Below, piece after piece: positions 27,424 through 40,438 of a stretch of 64,000 nt of DNA. This DNA is from Ylistrum balloti. Lineage: Eukaryota. The stretch's first letter is position 1. The number at the start of each line of letters is the position of its first letter. A program made the translations under genes and the position numbers. Under the pieces are notes generated by a model. It saw only the letters and a list, made by a program, of their open reading frames with translations, did no database searches and was not told the DNA's origin. The stretch is taken from contig NW_026782351.1 in NCBI RefSeq assembly GCF_031769215.1, positions 1 through 64,000 of the forward strand. Direction: 5' to 3'.

Positions 27424-29136
27424 ATATTTATGGACATCTTTGCACTTCTGACTGATGTCATTAGAACTTAATATGCTTTATTGAAACATTGCAGTGTTCC
27501 CTTGTGGAATTTCTCTTTTCTTTCTTGTATTTTAAGTTGTTGAACTGAAATCTGAGGGATGTCGCTGTATATACAAAAGTAATGCCCATATTTGTTTGTG
27601 CTCTAGAGGCTTTATTCCTTCAGGGTATTGATAAAAACAAATTTTAGGGGATGTAGGGTCAAGTTAAAAAACCATCTGACAAGTACAATTGTATTTCAAA
27701 TTTCATATGCAGGTGCCCTGTGGTCTTGGTATATTTTGATAGTTTGATTTTTGGATTGATCAGGACAAAAAGAAAATTGATGTAAGCACTGCCTAAAAGT
27801 GAGTGTAATTGAAGATATAGATATGTGCATTTAGTATATTTGTTGGAACTTCCGTGTCATGACTTTACTCCTTTTAAAGGAAAAATCCATAAGCATTCAA
27901 ATATAAAAATCAAACAAAGTTATGCAGGTAATAGAGGAATACAAGTAAAGACCTTCTGGCACCTAATGCATTTCATGATTGCAGCAAATAAGTTTCCACA
28001 GCATAGATTAAAATTAGATAAATGGGAAACATGATGTTTGGCAACATGTTTGATTATTTAAATGATTTTTCTCATTTCTCAAAATGCCTCGGCTAAACAT
28101 CAGTTTTTGAGGTCGTGGACTTGGCTAATCATCAGTTTTCTGGGTCATGCATCAAATTTGTTGAGATATACTAAACACAAGTCATATTTCATAAAGAGTT
28201 GACAGTGACTTTTGACCATGACCAATGATCACTAAAAAATAAACCAGAGGACCAAGAGGCATGTGTTGCTCACCTGGTAGTGGTATTCAATGTTCATCAA
28301 AACTAGAATCTGTGAATATCAGGAGTATATTGACATGTACACCATTTCATTCAAAGTGGGCACATCTATTAATTTTAAGAAATTTCCACAACAAAAAGCT
28401 TCTAAATCTCTGTTCTAAACAGTGACAGTTATAACCTGGATTATTAGTAAGTGCCATTTCTTTTTTTCTTAAAATTTGTTTGATTTTGACCTTGGAAACC
28501 TTTCCACATAATATACTGCTACTTGTACTTTTGGTTTACGAGATCAATATGGGTCAAGATAACTTCTTTTCACACAATTTGTCTTGCTGTAGCCATTGGG
28601 CAAGTTGACCTAAAAACCTGCAAAAGGGTTCATGATTTATCTTCTACATGTACACAAGATTTCAAACAGAGAAGTGGTCCAAGATGACTTTTGTCCTCTG
28701 AGCCTGACTGATGACCACCTTAGTGGGGTGATAATACAGTTAGAATATTGACTAAATGTGTGCATGAGATATCTGGTAGACAATATCATCATGGAGGGAA
28801 GCACAAACAAAGTTATTACTATATCCCCTCACCCTACTAACCTTAGTTGGAGGTAAAACAAGGGGCAGTAACTCACAGCTGAATCAAAATGCCACTCAGT
28901 AATACTTCATGTGGTGATCAAGCTCTAAAGTTTGAAAAAAATGGATGAAAACCTGGGAGGTGACGTCTAGCTGGACAAATAAAAGTTTAAAATAGATTGA
29001 TCAGGAAAGGACTAAGTCATACCAGACTGTCAATATTGTGGACAGATGTAAAAAATGTAATACATGAACTGGACACTAATAATCACCAACAATTCATATC
29101 ATCTTGTAAAATGTCTGAAAAATATTATAATTGTAA

Positions 29137-29703
29137 TTAACTTGAATCATCATTATCAAGATCATCCATTTGTTTGTCTTGACTCTCTGAAGTGTCTTCA
29201 TCACATTCTTCAGAGTCTGTAATAGCAATCTTTCTCAATTTAATATTTTGTAAGTATTTGATTTCTCCATTCCACTGCTTGAAATATTCAAAATTTTTGG
29301 CATTGACAAGGTCAGGTAATTCTAAGCCATTAGATGCAAACTCGTCTTTCTCTTTATTCAATGTCATTGATATTGCTGCTTCCCTTGCTGCATGCTGCCT
29401 TCCTTGTCGGTTTCCAATGTGTTGTACAATATCAATCTGATCTAGTTCATCTTCAAATCTTGATAAATATTTCTTGCAAAGACTGGCCAATTCACTTTTT
29501 TTCAAACATTTTTTTTCTAAATCTACATTTTGCTGAAACCACATCAAACGATCTGCCAGCAACTCTGTTCTTTGTGTGTTTAAATTCTTAACTCCAAGTC
29601 TCTGGTCACGGGAAGCTTTTCTTGTCAATTGCTGAGCTTTCCTACTGTTGGGGTGAATTGGTTTTTTGTCTTGACCAACTTTTGCTCGTGGTGCTTTTGG
29701 CAT
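29137..29703 (-). CDS. TMA16: Translation machinery-associated protein 16, 188 aa, single coding exon
   Basis: MPKAPRAKVGQDKKPIHPNSRKAQQL...LMWFQ...YLSRFEDELDQI...RQGRQHAAREAAI...GLELPDL...WNGEIKYLQNIKLRK matches the TMA16 family. Acceptor at 29711-29712 and a candidate donor at 31050 imply a 5'UTR intron. Confidence 0.92.
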   Translation of the reverse strand: MPKAPRAKVGQDKKPIHPNSRKAQQLTRKASRDQRLGVKNLNTQRTELLADRLMWFQQNVDLEKKCLKKSELASLCKKYLSRFEDELDQIDIVQHIGNRQGRQHAAREAAISMTLNKEKDEFASNGLELPDLVNAKNFEYFKQWNGEIKYLQNIKLRKIAITDSEECDEDTSESQDKQMDDLDNDDSS

Positions 29704-30812
29704 GTTTCTTCTATAAATCTATTAAATAAAAGAGAATACCTTTCAGAGAAAATGAAATATAGATTAATCAATTTTACAAACTAAAAAAGCACACAGCACA
29801 TCAATATTGTCAAAGCTGTGATTGTTTAAATTTATCAGTACTAAGAGGTTAAGATTGAATGTCTACACAATTATGTTCATTGCTGTGTATGCAGCAGGGC
29901 ACCCCATTTCTCTCAAACAGGCAAACACTTTTTTTCTCACTCATTATCTCACTTGCATCCACACTCAACCTAAATGTTGTTTTGCCACCCTACGTTAAGC
30001 AATATCAATTTAAAATTTCAATATGTTCTTGTACACAAGGGGCCCGTGGGCCTTAATGGTCACCTGAGGTCTTTGGTCTGAGGATTTTGGACAGGTAAAG
30101 AACCATCAGTCCCAGTCATGTGAAAAAGATGATGCCTTTGTTTGTTGCAAATTTAAAAGGAACTTAGTTTTTCTACTTCTTAATGACCCTGCATTTGCAT
30201 AACTCACTGATTACTTAAAGCAGTGACAATCTCTCAAATGCAGGACTACCACCAATATGACTGGGTGTGCCCAACCTGATTGATATAATAATATTTGAAA
30301 TTTTCATTATGATTTTAATGACGTTTTAACATGCACTGCATTTGTATTGTTGCAACATGGTGCATAGTTATCCATGTTCTACAGCTACATATGCCAACAA
30401 AAGATTGAGGTTTACACGTCGAGACTCTTGTGACAGGTATCTTCGGCATTAGACACACGTCAAACAGTCCTTATTCCCTTCTGAGATTCCTCCTTAGGAC
30501 TCATTTATATCGAAAATATGACAATGTCCCTTTTCGAAATCCCAAAAGGCATTGAGATTAGGCAGCTCTAATCAATCGGCCGACCAGCAGTCTCTGTTAT
30601 AGGAGAAATGTTCAACATCAAGAAAGCTTTATAACTATACTAGACTTGTAATTTAAATCATCACACGCTAACGACCTTATCTGTGTTGATAAACCATTAT
30701 GGATCCATGTACCTATGTAGACCCCCAAATCCACAAAGACACCATCAGCACTAGAATTCTTGTCGTTTATCTTTTAAAGAGATATTTCTCATTTCAACCA
30801 TATGCATCTACA

Positions 30813-30921
30813 TGTATCTGGAACGTAAACAACACAAGCAAAAATCCAGTCCATCATAGCTTATTTGTATGATGATATAATAGACTGGATTTTTGGTGGC
30901 GTTGTTTACGTTCCAGATACA
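30813..30921. other. Long inverted repeat / hairpin with 39-bp arms
   Basis: tgtatctggaacgtaaacaac-acaagc-aaaaatccagtc (30813-30851) pairs with 30883-30921; the 31-nt loop holds a second stem catcata/tatgatg. Confidence 0.85.
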
Positions 30922-31050
30922 GATGCCTGTTTCAACTAATATACCCCTGGTCCAAACACAGGGTAAGCCAACAAGTATCAGGATGTGCTTTTACTCTGCA
31001 ATCATAAGTCTAACACTTTCGTACATTTGAAACCAATATTAGAGTAATAC

Positions 31051-31236
31051 CTTTTCGCCGTGTTCAACAGGTCCTCAACACGTGTTATTACCGGATGTAG
31101 ATTTGCTGCTAAATAACCAATGGAAAATCGTTTTACATTAGAGGGCGGCGGGACCTTGACATATAGATCACCAAAATGTTTTGTTTTATTGTCATGTTCT
31201 TTTTACAACGAAGCGTCGACATAACATTGACTAGAA
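31051..31236. promoter_or_regulatory. Short bidirectional promoter region TMA16/MRPL12
   Basis: CpG-enriched stretch with a GC-box-like gagggcggcggg, between the candidate TMA16 exon-1 donor (31050) and the MRPL12 ATG (31236). Confidence 0.55.
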
Positions 31237-34200
31237 TGCTCGTCAAGATGTCTGCTGTGTCGCGCATACTCTCCTTGTCGGCTCGTCTTTCTAAACAAAT
31301 TCACAGGTAAAACAAAATATACTCCTAGTGCTCTTACAAAGATTGATACGCATACTTTCTTTTTAAAATTTCCGTGATGTAGGACATTTTATTTACGTAC
31401 TTTCTCGTTAAACCCGAAGAAACTGTTTTATAACTGGCCGTGTGCAGGGATGAAGAGTTTCAGTTTAGCTCGAGTCATCCTGTCCCAACTTCTCCTTCTC
31501 AATCACCCCGCCCCGTTTCTTGCTTCTACAACATTTTATTTATCAAACGGCTTTACGTTTACTAATGTGAAAACAAACACCCGTAAATTTTGGTAAATGC
31601 TTTAAGCACATTACAAATTATAGTAATGCAGTTGACATTAGACATTACAAAATGTATACTTATTGCAGATTACAACACAAAGAGAGGGTAATTCGGGCAT
31701 GCACTAGTTGTATACAAAGATCTCAGTGTACATTAGCTAGTCCACATGAAGGAAAATCCTACTCTCCGAAGATCCAAAACATTGTAGATGACATTGGTCA
31801 ATTGACACTGCTTGAAGTGGCAGAGCTGAATGAACTATTAAAGGTTAGTGTAGTGATATTATTAAATACTAATTGACTCGGTTCCATATCATTCTTAAAC
31901 ATTTTTCAATTATTTACAATTTGGTAATTGTAAAAGACTTTGAGAATTTAATTTGCATCAATGATGCACCTAGAGTTGATTGACAAAACATATGTTGTGG
32001 ATGTTGAATTTGATTTATATTTAATTGATGTAGTATATATAAATATCAGATGAAACAATTTTGTGCATGTACATTCCAAATCAGGGTAATTATAAGTGAC
32101 AAAAAGAATAGATATGACAAGTGGTCAGAGTTGCTGTAATTGACTAAGTTTGTTTTCTTTGAAAAGCTTGGTGTCGTAGACAAATGTATGGTGTGTTGCA
32201 TTGTAAATCAAACTTAATCTTATCCTGACTTGTCTGCAAAACTGTTGGAAAAAAAATGAAAATAAAACCATATGTATTATGATTATTGATAATATTGTCT
32301 TAATTTTTTTCAGACCACGCTGAAAATTAAAGATGCTCCAGTCATGTCAATGGCTGGTGCTGCTTCTGCAGCTCCAGTTGCTAAGGTACTGTGCATTGCT
32401 TTAGAAGTACATTGTGTGTTATACCAGTGAAGTATGGAAAAGTGAATCACATTCCACTTAATCGTTGGTATGGCAAGGGGTTCACTCTATCTTTATAGTA
32501 AAATGTACTTTCCAAAGGAAAAGGCTTCACTTTACCATGGGATTCATTTTAAGATATTAGGAAAATAAAAGTGTTCACTTCACTGTTACATTATTTTGAT
32601 GTGGGTCATTTCATCTTGCTACATAATACCATGCCACGTCAGAAGTAATTTGTAACGTTGCAGAGCTCAAACTTTCATTTAGAGATTATCTGTTTGCTTA
32701 GCATGCTGAGATGACCCAAGCTTTTTTTGTTAACAGAACAATCTCACTTTTTAGGTCATCTGAAATTCAGAAATTTGATTTGACCCCTAGAGACCTGGGG
32801 ATGGGGCCCTAATATGGTAGATAGACAATACTTTGCTTCAAAACGCTACTTTTTCTTAATGCTAGGATTTCATTCAAAATTTGTTGGTAACATCAGTAGG
32901 GGTTGTCAAATAATTCTTAAATTCAGATATTTGATTTGAGTCAGAAGGACTTAGGGCGGGCCCTATATATTTTGCTTTAAAATGGTTCTCTTCCTTAATG
33001 CTTAAATGCATTTCAGTCAAATTTCATCTGATACATGATTGAGGGTGGAGAAACATTTCATAAATTCAGAAAGCTGATTTGACCCCAAGGGACTTCCAAA
33101 AGGGGAAGTAAGACAATATTTTGTTTTAAAATGTGATTTCTTCTGAAAGTCTGGGTAGATTTCAATCAAGTTTAATCCAAAATATAATTGCAGGTGGGTT
33201 ATCATTTCTTCAATTCAGAAAATTGATTCCACCCCTAGGGATCTGGAGATGGGCCCCAAATGGGAAAGATAGTCAATGATTTTACTTCAAAATGCTATTC
33301 TTCCTTAATGATTGAATGGATTTATACCTAATATGGTCTTAAATATCATTATGGGAATTAATCAGATTTGTCAGACCACCATCTGCAAATTCTTTGGTTT
33401 GTCCATGAGATATTGATTGTCAGATGACCATTAGGGTCCATGGTATGGCCCTCTTGTTCTGAAATTGTTCTTTTGCTTTGTTTGTAAGCCTTGTTTATTT
33501 CTGGGTTTTATTGACCTTGTAACATGAATGAACAGTTTTTTGGTTACCAAATTGTCTACATTAAATAATTTTATTGGTGAACAGGAAGAAGAGGAAGGAG
33601 TAAAATCCTCAAGAGAACAGACATCATTTGATGTTAAACTAAAGGGCTTTGATTCTGCTAAAAAGATTGCACTTATAAAAGAAATCAAGAGTGCTTGTGG
33701 CCTCAATTTAGTTCAGGTAAGCTGAGAACATCAATGCACTGATCATGACAGTTGACCTATACTTCTTTTACTTCTATAGATGAATGGTTTCCCTCCTGTA
33801 AGCTTAAGTGAAAATATGGTTTGGTCTGACCTCTGTCAACTAATTCTGCTTATGCAACATAATAAGCGACTGATTCTGGAATCAGCTGCAGCTTGTCTGT
33901 CTGTCTTCCAGAATTTGTCTGAATATCTCTGAACAATTTCAATAAAATTTTACACATTCTTGTATCCTAACTACCCCCAGACTTCTGTGCCTCTGGGTAT
34001 TTCTTTTTTTCATTTTGGCCTTTTATCATGGATTAAGAACCTTTTTTTTGAAAATAGCACAAATCTTTCTCATAACATTTCCACTTTCATTAAAATGTCA
34101 TAGAATTGTTTTCCGATAACATGAAAAAAATAATGTAAAAATACTATATTTTTGTTTGATTTTATGTCCTTAAAACTTCACGTCATCAAAAAATGAAAAT

Positions 34201-35620
34201 TCTCTTACCAGGTATATTCTTCATGCTTTGATAGAAATATATTTGAGGGTTTTTTAAACGATTAAGAAAAAAACAGTTGATCTGCTTTGTTTTTTGTTTT
34301 TTTTTAAATTCCTCCATACAGCCATGTTTTCTAGGTTTAAGAAACAATATTTTCAGGTCCTAAAAATGCTTATCTTATATTTTAACCCTGACTGATATTT
34401 AAACCAACATAGGTAGATTGGTAAAAGAAAACCAGTGAGGAAACAAAGTTTCTGAATGCTACTATGTTTCTGTTAAGAAATTAACATTAATTTCCATTCA
34501 AGGTCAAATTTGTTTAAGCGTTTGAATGATTTTTTTTCTCTTAACAACATTAATATAGAGGAATGTAACAGTTACAGTCATCTGTATGGATACACTTATG
34601 TCTTTACCAGTTCAGTGGTAGATAGATGTAACAGTTACAGGCTTTTGTATAAATTGCCTTACCACTTCAGTGGTAGATAGATGTAACAGTTACAGTCATC
34701 TGTATGGATACACTTATGTATTTACCAGTTCAGTGGTAGATAGATGTAACAGTTACAGGCTTTTGTATAAATTGCCTTACCACGCAGTGGTAGATAGATG
34801 TAACAGTTACAGGCTTTGTATAAATTGCCTTACCACTTCAGTGGTAGATAGATGTAACAGTTAGTCATCTGTATGGATACACTTATGTCTTTACCAGTTC
34901 AGTGGTAGATAGATGTAACAGTTACAGTCATCTGTATGGATACACTTATGTCTTTACCAGTTCAGTGGTAGATAGATGTAACAGTTACAGGCTTTTGTGT
35001 AAATTGCCTTACCTCTTCAGTGGTAGATAGATGTAATAGTTACAGGCATCTGTATGGATACACTTATGTCTTTACCAGTTCAGTGGTAGATAGATGTAAC
35101 AGTTACAGTCATCTGTATGGATACACTTATGTCTTTACCAGTTCAGTGGTAGATAGATGTAACAGTTACAGTCATCTGTATGGATACACTTATGTCTTTA
35201 CCAGTTCAGTGGTAGATAGATGTAACAGTTACAGTCATCTGTATGGATACACTTATGTCTTTACCAGTTCAGTGGTAGATAGATGTAACAGTTACAGGCT
35301 TTTGTATAAATTGCCTTACCACTTCAGTGGTAGATAGATTTTAGTATGTATGTTGACTGTAAGCTGTAAAGAAACTGATGTCATGAACACCTATCTAACT
35401 GGATATTACTGTAAAACAATTATATCTTTTGTCTTACCAAAATATCCCATTCAGTATTTCTGTCATTATAACTGGTACAGTGAATTATTCTTCACTTTTT
35501 CAGTCAAAGAGTTTTGTGGAGTCGACACCACAGGTGGTGAAATCTGGTATCTCAAAAGATGAAGCAGAAAAATTGAAGGCAACATTGGAGGCTGTCGGAG
35601 CCTCTGTGGAAGTAATGTAG
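31236..35620 (+). CDS. MRPL12: Mitochondrial ribosomal protein L12 (bL12m), 188 aa
   Basis: Exons 31236-31306, 31669-31843, 32314-32385, 33585-33716, 35504-35620 (567 nt). Arg/Ser/Leu-rich presequence, [96 protein letters not shown]. An alternative in-frame ATG lies at 31248. Confidence 0.95.
32748..33458 (+). mobile_element. HINE/Helentron-like element in MRPL12 intron 3
   Basis: tttttaggtcatctga 5' end and inverted tcagatgacc near the 3' end (33420), degenerate internal repeats (gatttgacccc...), 3' ggccctcttgtt. Confidence 0.7.
34563..35339. repeat. Two-variant minisatellite, 13 units (63-bp A and 55-bp B) sharing a 28-bp core
   Basis: Core cagtggtagatagatgtaacagttacag followed by tcatctgtatggatacacttatgtctttaccagtt (A) or gcttttgtataaattgccttaccactt (B); order A B A B B A A B A A A A B. 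Confidence 0.95.
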
Positions 35621-37090
35621 AGAAACTTTTAGGACTCGTAGATATTGGTATTGTCACTCTGCAGTATGAAATTTTTGTATTTGTGATATAAAAGTGATTT
35701 GTGCTGATACTTAACTTGTTCTTGTTGTATTCTGAGCATCCTCCATACTCAAGGGGTTGAGTACTTATGTGACTTGGAGATTCAGTTTATGTCCATCAGA
35801 GGATCAAATTAGTCTTCTTGTCTTAACCACAAGGTGTCGCACATGGAACGTTCAATTTTGTCATGAAATGCTCCAGGGGTCTGAGAGCAAAAGTAATCAT
35901 AACCCCTTGGTATCGAGGATGTATTCTGAGTTGAGTGATAGTTTCTGTGAGCTTATGGAATGGTGTGGCATCTGTTGTCTATCCACAAGACTTAAGTACT
36001 GTATGATTAATGCAGTCTGTGGCTACAAACATGACAACTATGAACTAAAGGTATTGTGTAAAAACTTTTTTAGGTTTCTAAACATGCACTGTTCTAGATA
36101 ATAACAAAAAACTGAAATGTACATTCTGCTTTGTTGATTGATTTGAAGTCCAATTGTGGTTCTGCTTCATTTCCTAGAAAATAATGATAACAACCTTCGA
36201 ATGCAATATCCAAGGCCCATGGATGGCAACTTCACTTTTCTTCTCCTTCTCAAATAGGTGTGTGGACATGGGACGACAAATGATCATGTCGGTTTCATCA
36301 TGATCCCTGAAGTATTTTTCAAGAAGTAAAGACAAAAATCATTTACTCACAACATAACTTTATACATCATGAGCAAGAATTCAGTGGACAACTTTTAAGC
36401 AAACATAATGAACTCTTAAGAGAGCCAAACATATCAACTGAATCAAAGACAAAAATAAAAAATAAAAAATTGGTCTAAAAATCTACACCCAGGAGTGAAA
36501 CAATTACCCATTTGTGTGAAACCATAGCTTCGCAAATGAAACTAATTTGTTAACAATCACATTTATACTGTAACATCCATCTGTCATTTGTGCCAGTGTG
36601 TTTAAAAGATTCATCTCGCTTTAGTTTCAGTAAGTCGCATTCATTATGATGTTAAATTGCTAACAAAACTGATTTCTGTCAATATCATGAACTGTTCCAT
36701 AGTGTACTGAAAAAAGTTTTCATGATGTAATTCACATATTACGCTAAGCTCCCTCAGCACTATGTTTCAATCATATCAAATAAAAGACCTGTTCTATCTG
36801 AAAGGTGATTTGCTTCTACTTATGGGTGATCCATGCTTGAATACTCCTTGTATGTGTAATTTAAAGTCTTCTAGAAAAAAACGTCAACCGTTTATTTACA
36901 GGATTACTTGAAATTTGGTGTTACTAGTAAAAACACTTGGAAGGAATGCTAGAATATTTAAATGATTTATGAAATTTTGTAAAAGCACTGTCAACAACAG
37001 ACTTGAACTACACATGATTACATGTTAGCCTGTTCTGCTCTTTACTTTCCCAAAACTTATAATGTAACAGAGGACATTATGTTATTACAA

Positions 37091-37163
37091 TGCCTCCACT
37101 GGGACTTGAACCCGGGACCCCTGGCTTATTAGTCTGATGCTCAAATAATGGAGCTAAAGAGAA
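37091..37163 (-). pseudogene. tRNA-like segment (tRNA pseudogene or tRNA-derived SINE head)
   Basis: Minus strand TAGCTC...GAGCATCAGACTAATAAGCCAGGGGTCCCGGGTTCAAGTCCCAGTGGAGGCA has a degenerate A box, a B box (GGTTCAAGTCC) and an AAT anticodon-like loop. Acceptor and anticodon stems do not pair. Confidence 0.55.
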
Positions 37164-37904
37164 GTTCTCATTAGCCAAGCATTATAATGGGCTAGTATTT
37201 ACTACAATTACAATATTATGGTAAGTCACTGTCTGTTTGAAACCATTTTTTTGCTAGAGATCTCTTCCCACTTTTTGATCGATCTCTTCTAACTTGGTAG
37301 GCTCAATCACCACGACCCAAGTTGTTTTCCTGAGCAGCAGTTAGATTTGGCAGTCACTGCTCTTTGTTTAATAATCTCGTTCAATTCTCCTCCCTAAATT
37401 CAACCGATTTCTTTCAAACTTGGTAGGCTTTGTAACTAAGGCATGAAATTGTTTGCTTGTTGGCAGTTTGATTCACCAGTTCTTGAAGAAGTACCAGGTA
37501 GTGAATTGCCTTATTTCAGCATTTTAATCTTGTCTTGATGTCTCCGCTTTCATTGTTTAACTAATTCCTTTTAAATTTTGTTAACCTAATAATCTTCAAT
37601 GAAATTATACTTTACTGAATTTAATTAACAATACTCAGAAGAGTTTTTACCTTTTTCTTTTCCATAAATTTAATCTTTTGAACTTTATAAACTTTCTAGT
37701 CATGTCATAAAATCGTTTTCTGTAAGGCTTTTTGGAGTTATTGCCCTTTGCCCTTTTAAGCTTTTTGATGCCCTTTTAAGCTTTTTGACCTTGTCTGCAG
37801 ATCATCTCCCTCACTTTTAAATATCATTTACACTTCCTGTGCTTTTTGCATTTCCGGGTTCGTTTGAATTAACAGTATGTAAGAACATTCTGATGTACTT
37901 AATT

Positions 37905-39453
37905 GGCCGAGTGAGCTAAAGGCATACCACGGCATCCGTTATCAACTTTTTCATACAAATTGCTACTATTGATAAACAACTTGCAAGATTTTGACCATAT
38001 TTGGTCTGAAGCATTCTGAGGGAAAGTTGAACAAATTTTGTTTAAATAGTGGGTCTCCGCAGGGCAGGGACCTAAAGGGGAAATTTTAAAATCCTACTCC
38101 TGTAGGAATGATTGGATTTTGCTAAAATTTAGTCCGAAACTTTTTAGGGTAAAAGGGAATTAAGTTTTATATAAATGTTAGGTCCTGAGGGGCGGGGCCC
38201 AAATGAGGTAATAGAACAAATTCTTTAAAATACTACTCCTATAGGAGTGATTGGATTTTGACCAAATTTAGTGTGAAGCATCATTGGGTGAAGAGGAATC
38301 AATTTTGAATACATAGTTGGAAATAGAGGGAATTCTTTAAAATCCTACTTCTCCTGTAGGAATGAATGGATATTAACCAAATTTTGTCAGAAATTTTACA
38401 AGTTCTTTGAAGGGTTCAGATGTCTTTTTACATTGCAGTCATGTTCTAGGTTTGATTGGCATACATAGCACTTGTACCTTTTAAGATTTGGAGCTACATA
38501 ACAATAGGCCCATTAGGGCCTGTATCGCCTATCTGGTATAATTTGCCGATTGATTTTAACTGAAGAAAAAGTTTTTAAAATACTTTTATCTACTGGTATT
38601 TCCCTTTTTTAGGCTCATCCCTTCTTCCCAAAGGGGATAAGATTCACTGTTTGTACAAATTTTAAGTTCTCTTCACCAAGAATGTCTTCATATAAATCTG
38701 GACAAAATTAAATTGTTCCAATGGAAATAGATTTTTAAAGAATTTGCTCTATTCCCTCTATTGACACAACCCCTCCCCATACCAGGTGGCCAAAAACCAC
38801 TGTTCATACAAAGTTGATTCCTCTTCACCAAAGAATGCAAAATCCAGTAATTCCTACAGAAGTCTACTTTAGAGTTTCTTTTCCACTTCCCCTATTGGGC
38901 CCATCTCCTCAAGCCCCAGAAGGCTGAGCTGAGACCAACCATATCATACAAAATTGATTCACCCATGACTGCTTCAGATCATTCCTACAGGAGATATGGA
39001 TTTTTAAAATGTCCTGCATTTCCCCTATTGAGCCTGCCCTTCCGTTTAAAACAAAATTGATTCTCCTTCACCTAAATATACTTCAGACCAGATTTAGGCA
39101 AGATCCAATAATTCCTCTTTGAGCAGAATTTCAATGAATTTGCTTTTTCCACAAATGGGCCCTGTCCCTCCTCCCAAGGAGGCAGAGACACACCATTTAT
39201 ACAAAACTGATTCCAATTCACTCAAGAATGCTCCAGACCAAATTTCGACAAAACTCCACTCATTCTTACAGGAGTGGGATTTTAAGATTTCCCCTTATGG
39301 CCAATGCCCCTCAAGTTCCTGGGGGTCGAGACGCACTATCTATAAAAATTTTTTGTTCCCCTTCCTGGAAAAACCTGTCAGTCATTTATAGCTAGTAGCA
39401 AGTTTTAGGGGAAAAGTTGACGGCAGGACCTTCAGGCCAAGTGAGCTAACAAA
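37905..39453. mobile_element. Cluster of degenerate HINE/Helentron-like remnants
   Basis: ggccgagtgagctaaa (37905), repeated gattggattttgaccaaatttag blocks, aataggcccattagggcc (38503) and ggccaagtgagctaac (39436) terminal motifs. Confidence 0.55.
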
Positions 39454-40438
39454 CCTGACTCGCAAAATCAGATTGGTGCCTATTGTTGTCTTGCAATGCA
39501 ACTGAGGTCATTACTGATTTTTGCCTCAACTATGTATTGAAGTAAGGACATCTTGCTTACACTAGGTTACCGATTACTGGTAATAGGTGATAATTAGTGT
39601 GGCTTTGTGATTTTCACAGAGGTGACTTTGAAAACCATGTAAGCAAGAGCACTTTCTCACACAACTGATCCCTTAAAAAAACCCAAAGAAACCACAAGAA
39701 CATGGCGATTCTCTCAAAAATATTTAATGCAAAAGAAGTAATAAGAATGTTATTGATAACATGAATGTTCCATTTATTACATGACAACATTTTTATAGAA
39801 ATTATGCAAGTACACAGGACATCATTATGATCTTCATGCCAGAACTAATTATTGAAGGTTTCAACCTGTGAATGGTTCCATCATAAATGTGTTTCATGAT
39901 TCTGCAAAACACGCAGTTATAATAAGGCATGTCTACAAACCAAGGTCCTACTGTTAACGTAGTTAACCTGCAGTAAACCCAGGGAGCCTTCATGTCGCCA
40001 GAACACCAACATCAACCAACTAGGGAGCCAACTTACGAAGTCTGAGGATGGGCTCATTACAGTCAGAACAGCAAGACCTATGGATAAGCTAGTTACCAAA
40101 TAAATGTATTAGGATAAATGTTACACAGGCATTAACATCAAAACAAAACAAACATGTCCTCAAATTAATCACATACTGTATATAACTAATAAAAATTTCA
40201 TTCCATAATACAATTAACATAATAAAGACACCACCAAATTTCTTATTTTGAAATATGAAAAAGTAAAAAAAATGATATACATTGTGTAGAAACATACAGC
40301 AATATCACCGACCCCTTTTGTTTAATCAATCTGATCATATGAAGTACTACATTTATAACACTGATCCTATGTCCGCTTTGTTTTGTAGAAGATGATCCAT
40401 CACTAGATATTGATAAAAGGGTTACAGTAACACTAACA

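Noticed and set aside
34563-35339. CRISPR-like look (constant palindromic core with variable intervening segments)
   Set aside because: Only two recurring 'spacer' types, located in a eukaryotic intron, and no cas genes; it is a minisatellite.
35757-36330. 114-aa ORF and codon-like stretch after MRPL12
   Set aside because: No recognisable motif in the frames examined; probably UTR or decayed repeat.
39802-40099. Short ORFs between MRPL12 and SHMT
   Set aside because: No recognisable similarity and no consistent exon structure.
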